Part shown: positions 22,386 to 33,000 of the stretch, in pieces
How the letters are laid out: every line of letters starts with the position of its first letter
Numbering within the stretch: the first letter of the stretch is position 1
Origin: Oopsacas minuta
Taxonomy: Eukaryota; Animalia; Porifera
NCBI GenBank assembly: GCA_024704765.1
Contig: JAKMXF010000055.1
Coordinates: 751,643-784,642 of the forward strand
DNA: 33,000 bases
Reading direction: 5' to 3'
Translations under genes and position numbers: made by a program
Notes under the pieces: generated by a model
Database searches by the model: none
The model's input: only the letters and a program-made list of their open reading frames with translations
What the model was told of the DNA's origin: nothing

Positions 22386-24020
22386 CAGGGGTCTCGTCAG
22401 GATTATGTAATAGGGAGGTGCACTGAATACACTCTGTGCACAATACGTGTTAAAATACACACTTAAGGAATAAAGAAGATGATTGCCCGTTTTTGGGTGA
22501 ATATATAACTTCGAATTACTAGGCTAAAAATACGGTATTACGAGATAATTAAAATAGAAAAGACCTTTCTTAATTATTGAAGTACGACTGTTTGGATTAT
22601 TTAACTGTGTGATTCAGAGCTGAATCTTGATATGCCACTGAAAAAGTTGAAGCTTTCTGAGGGACAACAAAGATTGGGAATAAGTTTCTTCACACCACAA
22701 GCATCGATCGAGTCGAACTCTGATACTAATTATCCATGCTCTAAGTTATCTTCTATTGTAAAATTTGATGCGGGTCCTTTCGGTGGGTCTGAGTCCTCTA
22801 GCTCAAGACGTGGTATTACAACTTCTTGGAGATAGTTTGGGGAGTCGAAATGGCGTGATATTTATCCTTGGTAATTGTTGAAAGAAGATGGCCTTTACTA
22901 TCACTATTGTATCAATAATATACACGAAGTTGAAGCCGTTCGGGAGTGTTTATAACTATGCCATATACAGAAATAGACCTGACAAACTTGGGAGACATGA
23001 GTTGTGCAAAACACAGGCAGATAGTCAGATGGTTTATCAGAAGTGAAAGACCAGAGTAGCAAATATATCTACTGTAGTTACAATGGTGGAAAGAAGTAAC
23101 AGACTGACAGTAGAGGAATTCGTCTTCTGTGATGTTATGAGTTGCATTACTATCTCAACAAACATGAAATGGCCCATATCACAAATGTTTCGGGTCTGAG
23201 AGAGCTGTGTACTACTAGGTAACAAGAGTCAATCATGGAGGAAAAAATCTGGCAATACAAACTATGAATCCGAGCAGATAATGGGAGAGATAGTTGAAGT
23301 GATAGGCATAATTCTAGAAGAGGAGATTCTCAGTGAAGTAAATAAATCGCCTTTATATTCTATCATCCTTGATGAGGCTACAGATATAACTGTGACTAAA
23401 CAGCTTGGTGTTAGTATACCTTATCTGGATAATAATGCAGTGGTTCGCACTAGGAATCTAAAATTGCTAGAAATCATTAATGGAACAGCAGATGTAATAA
23501 CAGAAACCGTGATTCTTTACCTAACCTCTAAAACACCAGTTACACTTGATATTAGGAAACTAGCAGGTGGTGCTACTGATGGAGCTTCAGTCATGGTGGG
23601 ATGTGAACATGGTGTGGTGACTAGAATCAAGCAAGTAGTACCTACATTCATCACTACACCCTGTAGTGCACATAGGTTATCTCTTGCAACCTGTGATGCT
23701 AGTGATGCATCTACAATGATCCAAGATTCCAGCGAATTCTGAATTAAATCTATGTCTTGTTTTCAAGGAGTACTGTGCGTACTTCAGAAGTTTGTGAGAT
23801 GCAAAACGCACTGAATAAACCTCATTTGAAGCTACAACGCCCTACAGAGACAAGGTGGCTGTCACATCAAAGTGCAGTAGATGCTCTTCGAAGAAGCATA
23901 AAGGCTGTATATGCAACGTTACAGCATGAGGCTGCTGAGGGAGAAGCAACTGCCCATGAGTTCTGGAATGAAATTGTAAACCCTACATTCATTGAATCAC
24001 TACTGCTTCTCTCAAACATT
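22386..24020 (+). mobile_element. hAT transposon with ZNF862-like transposase, 3'-truncated
   Basis: Left end CAGGGGTCTCGTCAGG...GGGAGGTGC. Motifs: KWRDIYPW, TNYESEQ, YSIILDEATDITVTKQL, ATDGASVMVG, CSAHRLSLA, PTETRWLSH. Similarity stops near 24020; no catalytic Glu region, right TIR or TSD found. Confidence 0.85.
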
Positions 24021-24029
24021 CTTGTGTTT

Positions 24030-24210
24030 GTCCAATGTGGCACAAGTGGCCGCTACCAAGAGGTTATTTTGGAATTCAAGAGTTAGGATAGTCATATCAT
24101 TCGAAAGATTACTTCGACTTATTCCTCCTAACCCTAGTTGATCTCCTTGTAGTGGCGCTTTTCCTGCCACCTGTGCCACTTTTTGAAAAAAGTGGCACAA
24201 GTGGGACAAA
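24030..24210. repeat. Unclassified repeat with GTGGCACAAGTGG motifs in both orientations and a 13-bp hairpin
   Basis: GTGGCACAAGTGGC (~24037), GCCACCTGTGCCAC (~24166) and GTGGCACAAGTGGG (~24192). Hairpin TGTGCCACTTTTT-GA-AAAAAGTGGCACA at 24172-24199. Confidence 0.5.
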
Positions 24211-24429
24211 TTGAAATTCTTTTATAACTTTGGTAAAATTGTTCAATCCAATTGGAAATTTCAATCTGGGGTAACTCGCCTACGTAGAATTCAAATATCA
24301 AGTCAGAAATTGTAGATTCTTAATAGGTTTTGAATTACCACATATTTTGATCATCAATAATTATCTAATAATTATTAACAATTAACACCTTCAAAAAGTG
24401 TAAATCAAAAATATTTTTTTGACATTCTT

Positions 24430-24564
24430 TAAAAACATATGTTATTCTATACAAATTACTAGACAGCAGCTACGAAAATAGACTACACAATATATAGGAG
24501 CGGGAAAGAGTATACAATTTATGAAAATATATTTGTGTGGTCGAATACTTTTGTCCCCTGACTG
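24430..24564 (+). mobile_element. 3' terminal fragment of a Tc1-like element (solo right TIR)
   Basis: GGTCGAATACTTTTGTCCCCTGACTG followed by TA (reverse complement CAGTCAGGGGACAAAAGTATTCGACC, Tc1-like). Upstream remnant LLDSSYENRL../IYRSGKEYTIY resembles a Tc1 transposase C-terminus. No partner TIR seen. Confidence 0.5.
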
Positions 24565-27500
24565 TATATTTTATGCTGACAAATCTCAAGAATGAAAAAA
24601 GTACAAAATATCACTTCTTGGGATAATGACATGAAGGATACATTCATATCCTGATTCTCGAGGTAGTAAAATGTTAATAGGGGTGTGGAATGAGACAGGA
24701 GAAAACAAAGAGAGAAATTTACACCTCGAGTTATTGTAAATATACCTTACCAACTATCAAAAACGTGGACAAAATGATCACGATCCCTCCCAATGAAGTT
24801 GTCATTAACCAGTAAAAATAAACTCTTCCACATCATCGAAATTTGTAAATCACATACCCTGTACGTCTCATAATGGAAATATAACCTAACCTAACATGTA
24901 TCAATAGCTATGATGCCTTCTAAATAGATTGTCTTTCAAATAAATAAGCTTATATAGAATGAAATTACAGGCTGAGACAAGACCGATAACTAATATTTAA
25001 GGAACAAAAATTCTAGCACATTCTCTTTAGTAATAATTACAGGTATGTATAAAACATCTATAAAAGGCAAGGATCCTGTCGGTGAATGAATATTGAGCAG
25101 GTATATATTCAATATATAGAAAGGAGCAAGTAGATGGAAGTGCGAGAGAGAAAGGAAGAATTAAGTAAGAAAATATATATTCCGTTATCAGGAAGGTAAA
25201 ATATGTCAATTCATGTATTCACAGCTCAATGGGATAATCTCTCCTAGGACTCACTTCCTAAACTTACTGGAATCTAAATAAGTCGGTTTAAAGTTAAGTG
25301 AATGTCTCATGTTTATATATGTACGTATGTATCTATAATCCCTCCAAAAGGAAATGTACACCATAATCACGTTGAAAATAGAATTATGCTAGATCAAACG
25401 ATCTCCCGCAACAATTGATATTGTATTAGATATTTCAATTTGAAATGAAATCGTAATTACGGATCAAAATTTACGAATGAAGAAGCATTCAACTCAATTA
25501 GATTTTGGTTTATTGAATATAATCATCGAATGTCACTGCGTACCACAAAATTAAATCAACAACATGGTATAAGGCCGGTCAATCTATGATTCACCGTTAA
25601 TGTGATACAATCCATAAAGTGGAACATCCCTAGAATGTGATTGCAAAGTATTATAACAGGACACACTATGAAAACATTAAAATGCTTATAATTCTTCTAG
25701 GTTAAATCGAAAACAATTTAAAGGTCGATATTGGAAATCAGTGAAAGATTTCGTTTCATTCAAGTGATCACTTGAAAAAGTTTGGAAATTAAGTCCAAAA
25801 ATATCCACGAGTGCAACATCACAGTTCCAGTTTGACTTGGGCCAAAATTTTTAGTTTCAGCTTTCGCATACTAAATTAACTCGAACTCCAAACAAAATTT
25901 CGGCATTTTTTTTTAATTGTTCAAACACTAATTCACATCATTGGAAATTTTAGACTAATCATAGCCAACATTTGCACATTACAGACATATGAACTCAGAT
26001 GGAAAGATTCGTTATGATAAAGCTGGTAGGTTCTTGAGGTACAGTAATAACCATGGATGACAATTAATTCTGAAAATCTATGTATAAGTCAAAAACCACA
26101 ATGATATAACACAACTCACTATTGCTAATACTAGCATATCCCGAATTCACATACCCATATAACAAATTTGATATGATATCAACAAGGATCATTATACAGT
26201 CATGAATATTGTCATTTATGGAAATAATCAGGATTGTGTAATTGTCGTGGAGAAATCATTTCAAAATGCATCATAAGGGTATGGTATATACTGTAATCTG
26301 AAATAATGAGTTTTGGCATATCATTGAAAGTTTGTGATTTATTAATGGATACTAAAAATAATTAACAATCATGGTGACTACTGCAACTCAAGAACGTGCC
26401 AAATTCATCATGACAAATTTTATGTCTCACAAAAGCATCATTATATCCTTTTACTTTGAAATTAAAGATGCAAATATTTCAATCTAAATCACAGGAAAGA
26501 ATGGGCAAATTTCTCAAATTATGCTTACGATGCAATGAAATTGGGAAACTTTGAAATTATTGTATGTTATGCTTTGGTGATCATTTGATTACATTTCCTT
26601 CTGCATTAAAGTAATTTGTGCGATATGAAAATATTCTGTATACTGACAAAAGATCTACCATACACTACTATATCTCAGATGGTAAGCTTTATATAGAAAA
26701 AGCTAAGGTCAAATAATGATATTGAACTCAATAACCAATCCTCTCATCTGACAGTGCGAAGTGTTAATGAATCAATACTTGAATGTCAAGGAAGTGTTAA
26801 TGTATCAATGGGTATTGGGATCTACAATAGATACGTTAGAAGTTTTCAAGTGTCAACCAGTAAGCAAAATCTGCTCCTGACTTTTTTGAGGAACAAATTT
26901 AAATATAATATGCAGCTATGATCTAGAATGCTTAAGTTAAGTATGTTTCCAATTAGTCAATATAATCATTCATATATTTATCACAACATAAGTATAAGTG
27001 TAAATTTCTCCTACTACCTATTACGCATTAATAAATTGCATTTAAAGTATGTAGATGGTAGGATTTGATAATACATGAACATATCTACGAGAAATGACAA
27101 CTCTATATAACGGGCAGAGGCCATCTCTCCAACGTGTTCAGCAAAATATCCTAATTATTATATAGAGAGGGGTAAAAAAGCAAGGTTGTTAATAGTGATG
27201 TTAACAGCAAACACATTGCGTTAACAACAATTGAATACTGAATAAGCGGTTTCAAAGTTAATGATATATAGGTAGTGTTATGGTATAGTAATACTATTTG
27301 CGGAATTCAGACATGTGAAATAGAGATGTGACAACTTTTGACAACTGTTAGGGAGGATGCCTAGAGATGTGACAACTATTTGGCAAATGTTTAGGGGTCG
27401 CAGGGAAAATTAGAATAACACTGAACTAGATCATTCAAATGATTAAAATTCTGATAGCATTAACATATATGATTCAGTGATGATAATATTCAACGATAAA

Positions 27501-28910
27501 TAATGAATTCATCACAAAATTCAACCACAAAGTGTGCTAACAGCTTAGTCGATAAATGAATTTATTTTAAAATAGCATTATAAATTTGAGCCACTATGGG
27601 TATTGGAAATAAACCTAACCTTTCATAGGCCCCAGTTAAAGTGCCACATTTCAAACAAATCGATTTAAGAGACTAAGCAGTCTGCACAGGTTGAAATTAT
27701 ATATTTTTCTTCGCTACGCTCTGATAAAAATTCTATCAAACATTATATTTACAATTTACTATGATCATCCTCCATAGAATATTCATTTTGTTTAAAGGAA
27801 TATAAGTTGAAAAGGTGATATAATAGAATGGATACTGGAGGAGATTTGATCGTTACAAATTCAAGAGTGTGAAATTCGGAACCAACGTATTGAATTACCC
27901 CCATTTGCTGTTTAGAACAATCTCCTACGAGTATTCAAGGGTTATATAATCGGAGAATTACATATCTTTAAATGAACTATGGCTAATTTGAAATATATTT
28001 TATCCATAAATATAATATAAATATTTAAGGCAGTTGGTAAACTAGATACACAATAAATCTAACTGATTCCATATTAAATTATCAAAGTAGTATTGGAAAA
28101 TCTATTGAAAAACAACTTGATTAAAATAATTCCAACAAATCGAACAATAGAATTAGAAGTTCAAGCATAGTGTATATGTAAACCATTATATGAATTATTC
28201 AGGTCAATACAGATGTATATTATCGTTGGATAGTGACGTCCATTTCGTTAATTTATGGGAAAAACGAAGAGTGATTTCAAAATTTTGAAGAGCTATTATC
28301 TGAAGAATTTCTTTGTGAATAGTAAGAATGTATTTTGGTCAAGAAATTATGATATAATTTTGGCTCAAAAGACGCAAAGACAAAATCGCTTAGAAAAGAT
28401 TATCTGCAGGTTCGATATATGAAACGGCAGACTGAACTAGCTAAGCAGAATGAAACAAGTGGTCGCTCGACCGTGATAGGATCAATTTAGGGAATAAATT
28501 GTAGTAATATTCCTGAAATGTCCTGTATAAAAAGATATCACCAAAATTTAAATGACATCAAAACGAAGTGTAACTTTACCCTGATAAAGAAAATCGCCTA
28601 AAATGTGATTTGTAGTTAACGGAATTTATACACGTTTCAGAAGTGATCTGATGAGGATATGAAATTTAACAATCAACAAACAGCCAAATATCTCACAAAT
28701 TAGCCCTGTATTGAGATGGCGCTTAACTAATTGGCCAAGGTATCATCAATGTATTGACGTACAGTGAAATAACGGTTTTGTTAATAGTTATGAACAATCA
28801 GGTGTTAACATTTGATAAATACTAATCACATAATGCATGATAAACAAAATGTAATTTGAGTTATTTAAATTTTCAGAAATCTAAAAGGAGAAATATACAA
28901 CAAGTGTGAT

Positions 28911-29585
28911 AGTTAGCAGACTGTTCGACCATGTATACTTCAATCACTAATTTAACACACTTCTACTTCGCAGCTTTTAGGGAGATTAATCTCACATGAC
29001 AGAGGAAAGTTGAACGTTTTACGCAATATGAGTTTTATGTAAAGACTTATCCTTTTTATAGGAATATTTTGATCAATTACACATGTGTACGATTTCATTA
29101 AGGTAGACTACTTGTAAGTAAGCATTCGATTCTGACACTTCGTATACATATCTGTGCCATATGAACGTTTATCTAAATTAAATTTCATCAAAAAATATTG
29201 AAAACTCGCGGACTTATGACAATTCAAATTATCAGTTGGTAATGGTCATTTAAGGGGACTACCTAAAGTAGGATCAGTTCAAACTCACATTTCTTACCCT
29301 AAATATAATTGAATCTCAATTATTTTGATATTAATTAATAGATGAGATGTAAACGTTTATAACAATATCAATATTATCCAGAAATACTGAAAATTATCAC
29401 TCGCATCAACCTTCTAAAAATCGATAATTAATTGTTGTGAATTTCGAGCTCCAACTTTGAACTCAATTCTGGAAGTTATTTATCTTCAGAACAGCCTCAA
29501 ATTCTACAGATACCTCATTGGTATTCTATAATTCAATTTCCTTAAAAACATAAGGGTCGCTACTAGCTTTGATTATAGACTTTTG
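28911..29585 (+). repeat. Left arm of ~675-bp inverted repeat
   Basis: Reverse complement of 31692-32368. By hand alignment, 29050-29429 has 4 substitutions in 380 bp, and the outer 139 bp has about 27 differences. Confidence 0.95.
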
Positions 29586-31089
29586 TACTCTAAATATTTT
29601 TGTTGAATTTATGTTCAATTTCCTTTCTTAATAAATAAATGTTTTGTATATTTGTACTATGACTAACTTGGAAGACTATTACACATTTACGTAATGGGAA
29701 GTCAGATTAATATACTTTTTATAGTTCCCAATCTAACTCTCTTTCATCAACAGTTCCAAATTTAGTTAGGATGTGTAGAGTATATATAAGTTGATTTATT
29801 TAATTAATTAAATCATAAATACAAAATAAAATTTGAACCAGTTTTCATAAAAAAAGTTTCAGAACCAATTACTTAAAATCTTGTTATATCTAGCAACTAA
29901 AAAGCAAATCACGCTAATTGGTAGTTCGATTTTAAGTTCCTCTTTTATATAATTCTATAATTAAAAATCGACAACCAATCGGTATAATTGTGTGGTGTTA
30001 ACCAGTAATAGCAGTATCTTTGTAAATTTCTGTAGAAATCATATTTCAGCTTTAATCATCTGGAATCCAAAGCTCCAGTTCATTATTGTAAGTCTGAATG
30101 AGTTAATGCTAAATAGTAAAAATTATATTCATTCCTTCCATATATTTTGAAACTGAACATTACGTAGATACAATGCTGTACACAAAGATATTATAATAAT
30201 TATACAGGTAATTTCTGAAACACATTCATAGAGATAATATTCAGTATTAAATTATACACAAAATAGTTGTTATACATACACAAGTAATAACAAGATGAAT
30301 TTACACAAATAATTAAATATTATAGTACTATCATACCACTCTCATCATATACAATTCTTCCACAAGATGGTTCAAAAAAGTTAAATGTAAATTTAGTATC
30401 CAGAGCTATTTTCTCCATATGTTAAACAATTATAAAATACCAACTATTATTACCAATATGCAAATATCAGTCATCTTAAAATTCTGAACAAAGAATGATG
30501 CAAAATACTGCACGAAAACTTCAGGAGTATATGTAATACAAATATTACACATACTACTTGGATCTTCCACTTCAAAGCTTGATTTAACATGTATGAACCA
30601 CTTTTCAACAATATAGGTTTTCGAAATTGAATTATTGAGAAGAAAGACAAGTCTGTCAAGCAGGAGAATACTCTATCCTATCACTTAATTCATTAATCAA
30701 TAACATAAACTTGTAAAGACTCTATTTTTACATATATATATATATAGTACAGCATACTGAACTACTAAATTATGAGATGACAATTACATTCGCCGATGTA
30801 GTGTAGATTGATATGATCCGCTGATTGATATCTGCTGAAGAGAGCCTCAAAAGAACGAACTGTGGAGACTATTTTACATATTACTAGCTGATTTCCTTTC
30901 GGTAATTCTAGAGACTAAACAAATATATGTAAAGCATGGACGTAAATACATTATATTCCTTCATATTATGATTATATTTGAATATATATACAGTCGAAAG
31001 TTACCAAAGACGATAACCAAGGGATGGCCGGAATCAGTCGGATAGGCTATATGTGATAATATTTCGGAACCAGATTCAAGAGAAAAGGG

Positions 31090-31420
31090 TGACGGAGGCA
31101 GTAATTAAGCCTATTTTCCCTAAAGACCAATAAGTAATATTTATCAATTACCCTGTTCGGAATATCAAACTTGAGTTGGAATGATCAGTCGTGGGTTTAT
31201 CTCGATACCAGCAATGAAGAGCAGAATATAAAGAAATGAGAGAGTCGGATAAAGTTTTGGAATAATTGGAGCATTTCCGAAGAGAGTGCAATTCAATACG
31301 AGCATGCGACAACTCAATTTTATCATGAGTATGTCCCGTCAATGAAAATATAATATATGCAGACGAAATAATGAAGAGAAAGAAACAAGTGGTATCAAAT
31401 ATGAGAGCAAACGCAAAAGA
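31090..31420 (+). mobile_element. Probable Penelope-like element GIY-YIG endonuclease remnant
   Basis: Across frameshifts: IFPKDQ / SNIYQLPCSEYQT*VGMISR / SAIQYEHATTQFYH / IIYADEIMKRK. This order follows the PLE pattern KD..VIYxIPCxxC..YxG.TxR...SAIxEH..H..IL..E..KR. Confidence 0.45.
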
Positions 31421-31691
31421 AAAGATAAAAAGCAAACAAAGCAAAATCAGGAAAATGGAAAAAAATCAAAATAACTAGTATTATGGCAAAGGGGTGTGCA
31501 AATAAATTCTGTCAGTCGATGATCATATTTCATTGAATAGATATAAATAGACCATTCAAATTTGGAATCGTAACTATCTAAGCTTGACGTCAATCATATC
31601 AAACATGACAACCATTTACTGGAGGCTGTCATACTTATATGCATAAATATATTCGGTTGGAAAATGGTGCAGATAAGAAGTTTATAGGCGC

Positions 31692-32368
31692 CAAAAGTCT
31701 GCAAAAATGTACTAGCGACTCGTTATACATTTTAAAGGAATTGAGTTATAGAATATCAAAGAGATATCTGTCATTTTAGAGGCTGTTCTGAAGATAAATA
31801 ACTTCCAGAATTGAGTTCAAAGTTGGAGCTCGAAATTCACAAAAATCATAAATTATCGATTTTTAGAAGGTTGATGCGAGTGATAATTTTCAGTATTTCT
31901 GGATAATATTGATATTGTTATAAACGTTTACATCTCATCTATTAATTAATATCAAAATAATTGAGATTCAATTATATTTAGGGTAAGAAATGTGAGTTTG
32001 AACTGATCCTACTTTAGGTAGTCCCCTTAAATGACCATTACCAACTGATAATTTGAATTGTCATAAGTCCGCGAGTTTTCAATATTTTTTGATGAAATTT
32101 AAATTAGATAAACGTTCATATGGCACAGATATGTATACGAAGTGTCAGAATCGAATGCTTACTTACAAGTGGTCTAGTTTAATGAAATCGTACACATGTG
32201 TAATTGATCAAAATATTCCTATAAAAAGGAAAAGCCCTTACAGATACATCATAATGCGTGAAATGTTTAACTTTCTTCTATCGAATAAGACTAATCTCCC
32301 TATAATCTGATAAGTAGAAGTGTGTAAATTAGCGATTGAAGTGTACATGATCGAATAGTCTGCTAACT
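31692..32368 (-). repeat. Right arm of ~675-bp inverted repeat
   Basis: Reverse complement of 28911-29585. Its outer end lies 37 nt inside the HTT intron from the donor at 32405. Confidence 0.95.
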
Positions 32369-32405
32369 TAACACTCATAAATAAGTATACATATCATTCA
32401 AGTAC

Positions 32406-32980
32406 CTGGAGAGAACAATTGTTGGTTGAAGTGGCCTCTAACATTGCTAAACCGCTCCAATTGATAACAGATAATAAACTACACAACTCCACTCTAACCA
32501 ACCAGAAAGAATGAAATCTAACATTCATATACTCCTTTATAGCTTGTACAACTAAGCCACTGTAACAATAATGTAACAGCTCTGGCAAACAACATTTCAT
32601 GGCTAAACAAGAAGCACGAACTGCCATAGCATCTGTAGACTTCAGTAATCTCAACAATGTTTTCAGTAAGTGAGGAAATATGGAAAAGAAATTTCGCTCA
32701 CTCTCAATAGAATGTGAATAAACTTTCATTAGATAATGTTTAATGAAGCTTGCGGCTAGAATGCATGTTTTTTCTAGTGTAGTAGGATCTGTGTGTGAGA
32801 ACATTAAGAAAACATCGGTAAGAGACTGAGTAGTATGTAGATTGAGTGAATGAATCGGAGGAAATAAATCTTGAAAAATTAGTTCAGGTTGTAAAGAAAT
32901 ACCAATAGTCAAGCATTTAATCGAAGAATTTTGTATGCTAACAAGAGAAGATTGCTTCGGTAGAACAGAGCCAGGTATGC
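32406..32980 (-). CDS. HTT: Huntingtin, internal exon (N-HEAT region), 575 bp
   Basis: Acceptor ttccaattattgtAG (32982-32981); 2 nt plus 191 open codons; donor CAG|GTACTT. IPGSVLPKQSSLVSIQNSSIKCLTIGISLQPELIFQDLF is in register with recalled human [39 protein letters not shown]. Also FSHTDP ~ IDHGDP, and HSFWLVRVELCSLLSVINW ~ SSYWLVRTELLETLAEIDF. Confidence 0.92.
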
Positions 32981-33000
32981 CTACAATAATTGGAAAAATA

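Larger units (their letters stand above)
7317..32405 (-). other. HTT: 25,089-bp phase-0 GT-AG intron of huntingtin
   Basis: Donor CAG|GTACTT at 32405 and acceptor CCAG| at 7318-7317. The spliced junction reads CSLQ|DTLFSHVIPFLL, colinear with recalled human [16 protein letters not shown]. Confidence 0.82.

Noticed and set aside
26758-27377. Two short direct-repeat pairs (GAAGTGTTAATG.ATCAAT at 26758/26791; TAGAGATGTGACAACT at 27321/27362)
   Set aside because: Only two copies each, consistent with local slippage duplications rather than an array.
28648-31830. Other hammerhead-like cores (CTGATGA 28648, CTGAAGA 30835 and 31788)
   Set aside because: None has a proper stem II directly after the core or a matching cleavage triplet with stem I.
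31148-32310. ORFs 31148-31444 (-) and 32053-32310 (+) as host genes
   Set aside because: The first is antisense to the purine-rich PLE-like remnant. The second lies in the inverted-repeat arm and has no recognisable domain.

Overview
This is AT-rich animal (invertebrate-like) nuclear DNA, not prokaryotic. I found no rRNA, tRNA or CRISPR array. The host gene is a huntingtin (HTT) orthologue on the minus strand. Two well-supported exons (32406-32980 and 6969-7316) join in frame across a 25,089-bp phase-0 GT-AG intron; two weaker candidate exons follow (6615-6792, 4290-4438). Most of the rest is decayed DNA transposons: two DD34D mariners, a DD37D maT element nested in one of them, a rosa/DUF4817-type Tc1-mariner, a full-length Chapaev3-type element, three transposase-bearing hAT elements (one nested in a hAT-type MITE), several non-autonomous pieces and a probable Penelope GIY-YIG remnant. 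No transposase is intact. The most unusual structure is a ~675-bp inverted repeat starting 37 nt into the large intron, with a ~99% identical core and ~70-80% identical shoulders. All protein identifications come from motif recognition and recalled sequences, not database searches. I see no convincing new multi-gene system.
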